Of a DNA stretch of 64,000 bases, positions 49,772-58,238 are shown piece by piece. The notes below the pieces were generated by a model. That model ran no database searches and was not told where the DNA came from. It saw only the letters and a program-made list of their open reading frames with translations. The stretch is taken from positions 288,001 through 352,000 of the forward strand of contig OZ243956.1 in NCBI GenBank assembly GCA_965214405.1, in the 5' to 3' direction. Positions within the stretch are counted from its first letter, which is position 1. The number at the start of each line of letters is the position of its first letter. The DNA comes from Trueperaceae bacterium. GTDB lineage: Bacteria > Deinococcota > Deinococci > Deinococcales > Trueperaceae. The position numbers and the translations under genes were made by a program.

Positions 49772-50786
49772 AAAAGAGATAGGAGAGCAGCCCGAGGTTT
49801 TGGCGCGGCTGTTAGAGAGCGAGACGCAGGAGGTAGTGGACGCGCTGCGAAAATCTCCCGCCCGGCTTGTGTTGAGTCTGGCTCGAGGCTCCTCGGACAA
49901 CGCGGTCACCTTTTTTACCTATCTGGCGGGTCAATATTTAGGCCTGCCCGTCGCCAGCGTGCCGCCGAGTCTTATCACAGTCTACGCCTCGAAGATGACG
50001 CTTTCCGACGCGCTCGCCGTCGGCGTGAGCCAGTCCGGCGAGAGCAGCGACGTGGTCGAGGGGCTACGCGCGCTTCAAAGGGCGGGCGCGACGACCGTCG
50101 CCGTGACCAATGCGGCAGAGAGCGCCTTGGGGACCATTGCCGACTTCTGCCTCCCCCAAGGGGCTGGAAGAGAAAGCGCGGTGGCCGCCTCTAAAACATT
50201 CTCCTCGCAGATGATGGTCCTCGCCCTCCTCGTGGCGCGCTGGTCGGAGGACGAGGCGCTGCTGGGGGCGCTAAACAGCGTGCCCGCGCTTATGGAGGAC
50301 GTGCTAACGGATCAAACCCCTATAGCGCGCGCCGCACTACGCCTCACCCACGCCGAAAGCGGGTACGTGTTGGGCCGCGGGCTTTCCTACGGTCCGGCTT
50401 TGGAGGTCGCGCTCAAACTCAAGGAGACGAGTTACCTGCACACGCAGGCCTACTCGAGCGCCGAATTCCAACACGGCCCCATCGCCGCGGTGGGCACAGG
50501 CGAACCCATCATCCTTTTGGGCAGTGACGACGCGACGTTGGCGTCTACGCTTCTGGTTGCCAAACGGCTTCGTGATTTAGAGGCCGACCTGACGGTGGTG
50601 AGCGGGGCGGAAGAACTCTTAAACCTCGCCGACGCGCCCATCTCCCTGCCGCGCGGCCTGCACGGGGCGAGCGAAGCGTTTTTGCACGTGCTGGTGGGGC
50701 AGCTTTTGGCGCTCCACCTCACCAAGGCCAAGGGCCTAAACCCGGACGCGCCGCGGCACCTGAGCAAGGTGACGAAGACGATGTAA
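49758..50786 (+). CDS. SIS-domain protein, probable glucosamine-6-phosphate deaminase
   Basis: EIGEQP, ARGSSDNA, SQSGES, VAASKTF, ALKLKET, PDAPRHLSKVT; no glutaminase domain. Confidence 0.85.
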   Translation: MSHFEKEIGEQPEVLARLLESETQEVVDALRKSPARLVLSLARGSSDNAVTFFTYLAGQYLGLPVASVPPSLITVYASKMTLSDALAVGVSQSGESSDVVEGLRALQRAGATTVAVTNAAESALGTIADFCLPQGAGRESAVAASKTFSSQMMVLALLVARWSEDEALLGALNSVPALMEDVLTDQTPIARAALRLTHAESGYVLGRGLSYGPALEVALKLKETSYLHTQAYSSAEFQHGPIAAVGTGEPIILLGSDDATLASTLLVAKRLRDLEADLTVVSGAEELLNLADAPISLPRGLHGASEAFLHVLVGQLLALHLTKAKGLNPDAPRHLSKVTKTM

Positions 50787-50819
50787 CCGGACACAATTCC
50801 GTTACAGAAAAGGAGCCCC

Positions 50820-51854
50820 ATGAAAATTTTAATCCTCGGCGGAACGGTTTTTATCGGGCGTCACCTTGTCGAGGCGGCCCTGCACAAGGGGCACGAGGTT
50901 TCGCTGTTCAACCGGGGACATACCGACAAAACGCTTTTTCCAGACGTCGAAAATCTCCGCGGAGACCGGCATCAGAACCTTCAAGCCCTAATGGGCAGGC
51001 AGTGGGACGCGGTGATTGACACGTCGGGCTATCTGCCCAGCGCCGTCCGGGCGTCTGCCGAGGTTTTGCAATCTGTTGAGACTTACGTGTTCATCTCGAG
51101 CGGCTCCGTCTACCAGGATTTAGACTCTGCGTACTTAAACGAAAGCTCGAGCGTGCAGAAAATAAGTGACGAAGATTTGACCGAGGCGGAAAAGACGCGC
51201 ACGGTCGAGTCGCCAACCGCGGCGGCGTATGGAGAGCACTACGGGGCGCTCAAAGCGAGGTGCGAAGAGGTGCTCGAGGAAATCTTACCGGGGCGCGTGC
51301 TCATCATCCGCCCCGGCCTGGTCGTGGGTCCTTACGACTACAGCAACAGGTTTCCTTACTGGCTTCAGCGCGTCGCCAAGGGGGGTGAATGTTTAGCGCC
51401 GGGCCGTCCCGACGTTTCAATCAGTGTTATTGACGCTCGAGACTTAGCAGCGTGGACTATAGCGATGGCGGAAAAGCGTCAGACAGGCACTTATAACGCG
51501 ACCGGAAAACAGTCCGGTTTAACCTTTGGAACGTTCCTACATTCATGCAAAACGGTCACCGAGAGCGACGCCGCGTTCACCTGGGTTGACGCCGACTTTT
51601 TGCTGGAGCGCGGCGTGCAGCCCTGGCTAGAACTCCCGCTATGGCTACCCAAGGAGTTTCAGGGACTGATGTTGATTGACGATAAAGAAGCGGTAGCGAA
51701 AGGACTCATCTACCGCCCAATTGAGACAACCTGCGCCGACACGTTTAGCTGGCTAAAAAGTCAGGCTCCGAGCTTCAAGTTAGAAGCCGGGCTGGAGGGG
51801 GAGAAAGAACGCAGCGTGCTGCAAGCCTGGAGAAAGGCAAGCACCTCTGCCTAA
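50820..51854 (+). CDS. NAD-dependent epimerase/dehydratase family protein
   Basis: ILGGTVFIG, YGALKARCE, RPGLVVGP. Confidence 0.85.
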   Translation: MKILILGGTVFIGRHLVEAALHKGHEVSLFNRGHTDKTLFPDVENLRGDRHQNLQALMGRQWDAVIDTSGYLPSAVRASAEVLQSVETYVFISSGSVYQDLDSAYLNESSSVQKISDEDLTEAEKTRTVESPTAAAYGEHYGALKARCEEVLEEILPGRVLIIRPGLVVGPYDYSNRFPYWLQRVAKGGECLAPGRPDVSISVIDARDLAAWTIAMAEKRQTGTYNATGKQSGLTFGTFLHSCKTVTESDAAFTWVDADFLLERGVQPWLELPLWLPKEFQGLMLIDDKEAVAKGLIYRPIETTCADTFSWLKSQAPSFKLEAGLEGEKERSVLQAWRKASTSA

Positions 51855-51905
51855 AAAAGAAAAGGTGCTTGGCGTGTTGAGATGGACCTTGTCTCGAGCT
51901 TTGCG

Positions 51906-54320
51906 TCACTCCCCGTAAGGCACCCAGATGTTTTTCACCTGCGTCGCCCGGCGCAGATACTCCCGCCCCTGCCCTTGCACCGCGCTAAACCAGTCGCGCT
52001 TTTTCCCGTAGTTCACCCAAGTTTGTTTGAGGTTGCCCACCGACTCCCGCTCGACCACCCTGCTTCCCTCGGCAGAGCCCACGTACCAAAGCGCGTCCAC
52101 GTCGTCGTGCCGCGCCAGCGTCTGAGCGAGCGCGTCACGCTCCCCCGTCACAATGTTGACGACGCCGCCCGGCACGTCCGAGGTATCCAAAACCTGATAG
52201 AGGTCGGTCGCCGCCAACGGATAGCGTTCCGACGGCACCACCACCACCCGGTTGCCCATCACCACGGCGGGCGCGACGAGGGAAACGAGGGCCAGGAGCG
52301 GCGCATCGTCGGGGCAGACAACACCCATAACGCCCAAGGCCTCCGGCATCGCCAGGGTCACGTTGCGGACGGGGGTCTGGTGAACCGCACCGTCGTATTT
52401 GTCGGCCCAGGCCGCGTAATAAAAGAGACGCTGGACAGAGGCCGCCACTTCATCCGCCGCCGCTTTACGCGCCACGCCCGTCATGGCCTCGAGCCGCGCC
52501 TCAAACTCAGGGGCTCGAGCCTCCAAATTCTCAGCCAGGTAGTAAAGAACCTGCGCCCGATTATGCGCCGTAGCCTTGGCCCAGCCCGCCGCCTTGCGCG
52601 CCGCCTCAACCGCGTTGCGGACGTCCTTACGGTTGCCCTCGCCTACTTCGCCCAAAAGGTTGCCCTCTGGGTCCAGCACGGAGCGGCTGTACCCCGAGTC
52701 GGGCCGCGCCTGCTTGCCGCCGATGTAGAGCTTCGGCGTGCGGTCCAGGGGCGGCAGTTCCCAATCCTCCTGTTCGTCTTCAATCGCCTCTTTTGGTGGC
52801 TGAGGGGACTCTGCCTCGTAATTCGGTAGATTCTTCTCCCAACTCGGCTTGAGGTACTCGAGCAGCCCCTCCCGACCCCCTTCCCGCCCAAACCCGCTCT
52901 CTCTATAGCCACCAAACCCCGCCGCCGCGTCGAACTGGTTGGTGCAGTTCACCCACACCACCCCCGCTTTTATCTTTGGGGCCACGTCAAGCGCCAAGTT
53001 AACGTTCTCCGTCCACACCGACGCCGCCAAGCCGTAACGCGTGTTGTTGGCAAGTTCCACCGCCTCGGCGGGCGTGCGGAAGGTCATTGAGACGACCACC
53101 GGGCCGAAAATCTCCACCTGCGCGACTGTCGAGGCGGGCGAGGCGTCGGTAAAGAGCGTCGGCGGGTAGAAAAGCCCCTCCTGCGGCACCGCCCAGGAGG
53201 GCTGCCAGCACATAGCCCCCTCCGCCTTGCCCCTTTCGACCAGCGCCTCGATTTTCTGAAGCTGCACGGGCGCGACAATTGCGCCCATGTCCACCGCCTT
53301 GTCGAGCGGGTCGCCCACCCGCAGCGTTTCCATGCGCGCGCGAAGCTTGTCATGTATGGCGTCGGCCACACCCTCGTGGACGAGCAGGCGCGAGCCCGCG
53401 CAGCAGACCTGCCCCTGATTGAACCAAATCGCGTCCACCACGCCCTCGACTGCGGCGTCCAGGTCGGCGTCGTCGAACACCACAAAGGGAGACTTGCCGC
53501 CTAGCTCGAGGCTCAATTTCTTCCCGCTCCCCGCCGTCACCTCGCGGATGCGCTTACCCACCTCCGTCGAGCCCGTAAAGGCGATTTTGTCCACACCGGG
53601 ATGTGTAACGATAAGCTCACCCGTCGCGCCGTCCCCCGTCACGATGTTGACGACGCCCGGCGGCAGGCCGACGTCCTGACACACTTCGGCAAAAAGCAAG
53701 GCAGTGAGCGGCGTGTATTCGGCGGGTTTGAGGACCACCGTGCAGCCCGTCGCCAGCGCGGGCGCGATTTTCCAGGCGAGCATTAAAAGCGGGAAGTTCC
53801 AGGGGATGATTTGCCCGCACACGCCCACGGGCTCATAACCCTCTAGCTCGGTGTCCACGAGCTCCGCCCAGCCCGCGTGGTGGTAGAAGTGCCGCGCGAC
53901 CAGGGGGATGTCGAGGTCTCGAGTTTCGCGGATGGGCTTGCCGTTGTCCAAAGTTTCCAGCACGGCGAACAAGCGCGATTGCTTCTGGATGTGCCGCGCG
54001 AGGGCGTAGAGGTAGCGGGCTCGAGCGTGCCCACTCAAGGCCGCCCACTTCGGCTGCGCCTTTCGCGCCGCCCCCACCGCCGCGTCCACGTCCGCCTCGC
54101 CCGCCTGCGCGATTTGCGCCAAAGGCTCAGCGTTGGCGGGGTTCACCGTCTCAAAAAACTCACCCGATTTGGATTCGACAAACCTTCCGCCGATAAAGAG
54201 TCCGAAGGTGCGTCCGTGGTGCTCTAACCACGCAGTAGCGGTGTCGGCGCTCTCGGGCGCGGGGCCGTAGTCCATCGTCTCGAAAATCTCCTTTACGGTC
54301 ATCGTGTCTCCTTTTGCCAT
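51906..54320 (-). CDS. Aldehyde dehydrogenase with extra C-terminal ALDH-like domain (ALDH16-like)
   Basis: PWNFP, FTGS, LELGGKSP, NQGQVCCAGSR, EIFGPV; second partial domain from about residue 520. Confidence 0.9.
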   Translation of the reverse strand: MAKGDTMTVKEIFETMDYGPAPESADTATAWLEHHGRTFGLFIGGRFVESKSGEFFETVNPANAEPLAQIAQAGEADVDAAVGAARKAQPKWAALSGHARARYLYALARHIQKQSRLFAVLETLDNGKPIRETRDLDIPLVARHFYHHAGWAELVDTELEGYEPVGVCGQIIPWNFPLLMLAWKIAPALATGCTVVLKPAEYTPLTALLFAEVCQDVGLPPGVVNIVTGDGATGELIVTHPGVDKIAFTGSTEVGKRIREVTAGSGKKLSLELGGKSPFVVFDDADLDAAVEGVVDAIWFNQGQVCCAGSRLLVHEGVADAIHDKLRARMETLRVGDPLDKAVDMGAIVAPVQLQKIEALVERGKAEGAMCWQPSWAVPQEGLFYPPTLFTDASPASTVAQVEIFGPVVVSMTFRTPAEAVELANNTRYGLAASVWTENVNLALDVAPKIKAGVVWVNCTNQFDAAAGFGGYRESGFGREGGREGLLEYLKPSWEKNLPNYEAESPQPPKEAIEDEQEDWELPPLDRTPKLYIGGKQARPDSGYSRSVLDPEGNLLGEVGEGNRKDVRNAVEAARKAAGWAKATAHNRAQVLYYLAENLEARAPEFEARLEAMTGVARKAAADEVAASVQRLFYYAAWADKYDGAVHQTPVRNVTLAMPEALGVMGVVCPDDAPLLALVSLVAPAVVMGNRVVVVPSERYPLAATDLYQVLDTSDVPGGVVNIVTGERDALAQTLARHDDVDALWYVGSAEGSRVVERESVGNLKQTWVNYGKKRDWFSAVQGQGREYLRRATQVKNIWVPYGE

Positions 54321-54744
54321 TCGTCGGCGAGTAAGCCGTAAATTAAACAGTCCGTCAAGCCGTCTCGAGTGTGACTCATCCCTCTCAATTTGCCCTCGAG
54401 CCTAAACCCCAACCTCTCGGGAATAGCGCGGCTCCTCACATTCTTTTCCGAACAGCGTATCTTAATCCGGTTGAGCTTCAGTTCTTCAAAAAGATAGGTG
54501 ACAAGGTAAAAACATGTCTTCGTCATAATCCCGCGCCCCTCATACTTAGCGCCGAGCCAGTAACCCACTCGAGCCCACTCCGAATAAACTTCTTAGAATT
54601 CTCTACCGTCTTTGTCGCCTCCACCCAAGGAAACCAGTAGCCAAGGTGCTCGCGGTTCTCGTCAATCAGGTTAAATAAAGTCTCAGCGTGACGCGGCTCG
54701 AGCAGCCTAAGTTCTAACCCCTCGTCAACGGGGGCGCTAAACAT
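54299..54744 (-). pseudogene. RimJ/RimL-family GNAT, internally deleted and frameshifted
   Basis: N part LFNLIDENREHLGYWFPWV and C part GYWL...GRGIMT...NVRSRAIPERLGF are in different frames; junction near 54568. Confidence 0.8.
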
Positions 54745-55150
54745 GTTCCCAGTCCTCGAGCCTAAGCCCCTCCACCCGCGCGAAGTGCTTCGTGTTGCGC
54801 GTCACGAGCACGGCGTTGTTGGCGATGGCGATGCCCGCGATGAGGATGTCGGCGTCTTCTAAGGGCGCGCCTTTGCTGCGGAGGTCTTGGTAAATGGCGG
54901 CAGAAACGTCGAGCGCCGCCAAGTCCAATGGAAGTAAGCCGCGTGCCTGCACCAGTGTCTCAAAAACGGTGAATTTACGTCTAAATCTCGGTAGAATCAG
55001 CCCTCGTCTGACCTCAAAATAACTAACCGCGTTGAGCAGGACAAGGTGACCTTGTCGGCGGGTTTGAGCTAAGCGTTCTTTTACCCCGACATCGTCTCTG
55101 AGAATCGCGGCAACCGCGTTTGAGTCTAAGGTGTAGGCTTCACTCCTCAT
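54737..55150 (-). CDS. PIN-domain (VapC-like) toxin
   Basis: YTLDSN, YFEV, DADILIAGIA, LVTRNTKHF..VEGLRLEDW. Confidence 0.92.
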   Translation of the reverse strand: MRSEAYTLDSNAVAAILRDDVGVKERLAQTRRQGHLVLLNAVSYFEVRRGLILPRFRRKFTVFETLVQARGLLPLDLAALDVSAAIYQDLRSKGAPLEDADILIAGIAIANNAVLVTRNTKHFARVEGLRLEDWEHV

Positions 55151-55385
55151 CTGAGCCAAAGTCTAGGGTACGTCCGCCAAAAAGCGAGCGCCGCCGTGAG
55201 GCTTCCTCGAAGGCAGCTTCGTCTTCGGGGTCCGAAAGCGTTCCAGCGAGTTCGTTCCAAAGTTGCAGCTCTTCCTCCACGGACAGGGTCGGTTCTTCAA
55301 GTTTGTCGATTTCGCGCTCGAGCTTTAGCAGCTTCGTCTCGTCTAACTTCTCGACACGCTTCATCACACGCTCTTTAACAGTCAT
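55140..55385 (-). CDS. Putative antitoxin, paralogue 3
   Basis: MTVKERV...LAGTLSDPEDEAAFEEASRRRSLFG; overlaps the PIN start. Confidence 0.75.
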   Translation of the reverse strand: MTVKERVMKRVEKLDETKLLKLEREIDKLEEPTLSVEEELQLWNELAGTLSDPEDEAAFEEASRRRSLFGGRTLDFGSDEE

Positions 55386-55632
55386 CGCTTTTCTCCTCGC
55401 GCTTACCAAAAAGAGGTCTGCGGTGTGCAAGTTTCTCCCACTCGGCGTACTCTTCGGGGTCGGAGAGAAGACCAAAAACGCCGCGCCAAGCCGCCAAGCG
55501 GCGCTCTATCTCCTCGGGTGAGGGTTTGGTGATTTCATCAAGCCGAGCTTCTAAAGCCTCGAGTTCGTCCTCATTCAACGTTTCAATGCGCCTAATTAAA
55601 CGCTCTTTCATCGTCATTTCTTTAACTGCCAT
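55375..55632 (-). CDS. Putative antitoxin, paralogue 2
   Basis: MTMKERL...VFGLLSDPEEYAEWEKLAHRRPLFG; RBS GAGGAGG. Confidence 0.72.
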   Translation of the reverse strand: MAVKEMTMKERLIRRIETLNEDELEALEARLDEITKPSPEEIERRLAAWRGVFGLLSDPEEYAEWEKLAHRRPLFGKREEKSDDC

Positions 55633-55922
55633 ACATTGCCTCCTCGAATACCGTTTGCTCCTCTTCATCCGGTTCTATGCCGAGCTCACGGCCTCTGAAA
55701 AGAGGATGCCGCCGCGTGGCCTCCTCGAATGCAGCTATTTCTTCAGGGTCCGAGAGCATACCAGCCACGCTACGCAAGGCCTCTAAGTGCCGCTCAATCC
55801 TCTTTTGTTTCTCAAATTCGTCTTCACGCTCACGCCTAGACCTCTCGAGCTGCCCCTCCAACGCCGCCAACGCCGCCTCGTTCATGCTGTTAAGCTGCTC
55901 AATGACGCTCTTTAACCGTCAC
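55622..55922 (-). pseudogene. Putative antitoxin, paralogue 1, frameshifted after codon 6
   Basis: GTG ACG GTT AAA GAG CGT CAT TGA; the remainder VIEQLNSMNE...AGMLSDPEEIAAFEEATRRHPLF is in another frame. Confidence 0.7.
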
Positions 55923-55944
55923 GGTTCACCTCACGCCCCTCAAG

Positions 55945-56934
55945 CTACGCCAGCGGGTGCCGGTACAAAGCTGAGTAACGCCCCGTCACAAAGTGCTCCA
56001 ACTGCCGCTCGATATCCCCCAACAGCGAACTCGCGCCGAAGCGGAAGAGTTGGGGCTCGAGCCAGGACCGCCCCAGCTCCTCTTTCATGAGCACGAGCCA
56101 GTTGAGCGCGTCCTTGGCGGTGCGGATGCCCCCCGCAGGCTTGAAGCCTATCCGGTAGCCCGTGCGCTCCTCATACGCGCGAATCGCCCGGACCATGATT
56201 AAGCTCACGGGCAGGGTGGCGTTTTCGCTCTCTTTGCCCGTCGAGGTCTTGATAAAGTCCGCGCCCGCCATCATCGCCACCAAGCTCGCCCGCATCACGT
56301 TGCGCAAAGTCCCGAGTTCGCCCGTGCCCAAAATCACCTTCATGTGCGCCGCACCGCAGGCCTCACGAAAGGCCGCGACTTCGTCGTAGAGCGCTTCCCA
56401 GTTGCCGGTCAGCACGTAGGCTCGAGTAATCACAATGTCAATCTCTTCCGCCCCCGCGCCTGTTGAAGCGCGAATCTCCTCCAACCGCGTCTTGAAGGGC
56501 GACAAGCCCGCCGGGAAGCCCGTCGAGACGGCGGCGACGGGGATGCCGGAACCCTCGAGCGCCCGCACCGCGGTGGGCACCATCGCGTGATAAACGCAGA
56601 CCGCCCCCACGGTGAGGTTCATGTCGGCCACGCCCAAGGCTTCAAGCACATCCTCCCGCACGGGCCGCTGCGCTTTTTGGCAAAGCCGCACCACCCGCCC
56701 CGGCGTGTCGTCGCCCGACAGCGTAGTGAGGTCGATGCAGGTGACCGCCTTGAGGAGCCACGCCGCCTGCCACTCGCGCTTGACGCTGCGCCGCGTGGTG
56801 AGGGTGCTCGCACGGCGCTCGGCGGCGGAGCGGTTGACCTGGACGTTTTGAACCCACTCGAGTTCCAGCGGCATTCCGGGATTACGCCCCGCTTCGTGCG
56901 CTTCTCTTACGCCTGTTTTTTCCCCAATCGTCAT
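55945..56934 (-). CDS. deoC: Deoxyribose-phosphate aldolase (long type)
   Basis: IDLTTLSGDDT, STGFP, EEIDIV, MKVIL, FIKTSTGK, FKPAGGI, RFGASSL. Confidence 0.95.
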   Translation of the reverse strand: MTIGEKTGVREAHEAGRNPGMPLELEWVQNVQVNRSAAERRASTLTTRRSVKREWQAAWLLKAVTCIDLTTLSGDDTPGRVVRLCQKAQRPVREDVLEALGVADMNLTVGAVCVYHAMVPTAVRALEGSGIPVAAVSTGFPAGLSPFKTRLEEIRASTGAGAEEIDIVITRAYVLTGNWEALYDEVAAFREACGAAHMKVILGTGELGTLRNVMRASLVAMMAGADFIKTSTGKESENATLPVSLIMVRAIRAYEERTGYRIGFKPAGGIRTAKDALNWLVLMKEELGRSWLEPQLFRFGASSLLGDIERQLEHFVTGRYSALYRHPLA

Positions 56935-57104
56935 GTTTACCTTACCTTTCAGGGGTCTTGCCTCTAGGAGGTATTATAGGGCGTGAGCCCACGTGGGCTT
57001 ACCGTAAAGTTTCTTTATAAACGTGATTCTGGAACTAGACACATCAAGACGCGCGTTCGTCACCGCTAACGAGGCCAAACGAGACGTGAAGATAGGTTTT
57101 AGCT

Positions 57105-58166
57105 ATGCTAGAGACTCCTTCAAAATCCGTTAAAACCCGCACAACGGGACCCCATCCTTTGAGCGTCGCCCCCATGATGGACTGGACTGACCGCCACTAC
57201 CGCGCCTTTATGCGAGGCGTCACCAAGCGGACGCTGCTTTATACCGAGATGGTCACGACCAACGCGGCGCTGCACGGTGACCGTGAGAGAATTTTGGGCT
57301 TCTCGGAGGTCGAAAAACCGCTCGCGCTCCAACTCGGCGGCGACAATCCAGGTGAACTCGCCGCGTGCGCGCGCTTAGCCGAGGCGTGGGGCTACGATGA
57401 GGTCAACCTCAACGTGGGCTGTCCGAGCGACCGCGTGCAGAACGGCAACTTCGGCGCGTGCTTGATGGCGCAACCTTTGCGCGTGGCCGCGTGCGTGGCC
57501 GCGATGCGTGAGGCCGTAAGCCTCCCCGTGACCGTCAAGCACCGCATCGGTGTGGATGAACTCGACCGTTACGAGGACATGGCGAACTTCGTCCGGGTGG
57601 TGTCGGAAGCGGGGGCGGACCGTTTCACCGTTCACGCGCGCAAGGCCTGGTTGCAGGGCTTGAGCCCCAAGGAGAACCGCACCGTGCCGCCCCTGCGGTA
57701 TGAAGAGGTGGGGCGGCTCAAAGGAGAATTCCCCCACCTCACCATTGAAATTAACGGGGGCTTTCGAGATTTGGTCGCCGTCCGCGCACAACTTGAGCGG
57801 GTTGACGGCGTGATGGTGGGCCGCGCGGCTTACGAGCATCCTTTTCTTTTTGCCACGGTGGATAGAGATTTTTATGGCGAGACCGCCCCGCCGCCCACCC
57901 GGCGTGAGGTGGTGGTGGGGTTGCTGCCCTATCTCGAGCAAGAACTCTCAAACGGCGTCCACTTAAACCGCGTGACCCGTCACGTGCTGGGGCTGTTCGC
58001 GCATCAGCCGGGGGCGAGGGCCTGGAAGCGGCACTTGAGCGAGAACGCGCACCTTCCGGGGGCGGGGCTCGAGGTTGTGCTGGGGGCCATGCGGCGCGTT
58101 CCCGACGAGGTTTTGGACGCGCGTCCGGCGGGTGAGGCGGCGGTCTCTCCGGTGTTGGTTGAGTAG
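57105..58166 (+). CDS. dusA: tRNA dihydrouridine(20/20a) synthase
   Basis: SVAPMMDWTDRH, NLNVGCPSDRVQNGNFGACLM, VHARKAWLQGLSPKENR. Confidence 0.95.
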   Translation: MLETPSKSVKTRTTGPHPLSVAPMMDWTDRHYRAFMRGVTKRTLLYTEMVTTNAALHGDRERILGFSEVEKPLALQLGGDNPGELAACARLAEAWGYDEVNLNVGCPSDRVQNGNFGACLMAQPLRVAACVAAMREAVSLPVTVKHRIGVDELDRYEDMANFVRVVSEAGADRFTVHARKAWLQGLSPKENRTVPPLRYEEVGRLKGEFPHLTIEINGGFRDLVAVRAQLERVDGVMVGRAAYEHPFLFATVDRDFYGETAPPPTRREVVVGLLPYLEQELSNGVHLNRVTRHVLGLFAHQPGARAWKRHLSENAHLPGAGLEVVLGAMRRVPDEVLDARPAGEAAVSPVLVE

Positions 58167-58238
58167 AGACCCGTCAGCGTGAGAACGTCTTGGGCGCGCG
58201 AGTTTCGTTGTAGACTGCACCAAACTCGGGAGATGCCT

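Noticed and set aside
51882..52829. Long antisense ORFs (also 40424-41296, 59319-60146, 60491-61570, 21482-22258)
   Set aside because: Shadow frames of well-supported genes in GC-rich DNA
56986..56999. Palindrome AGCCCACGTGGGCT between deoC and dusA
   Set aside because: Single occurrence with no cognate regulator nearby; not enough to call an operator
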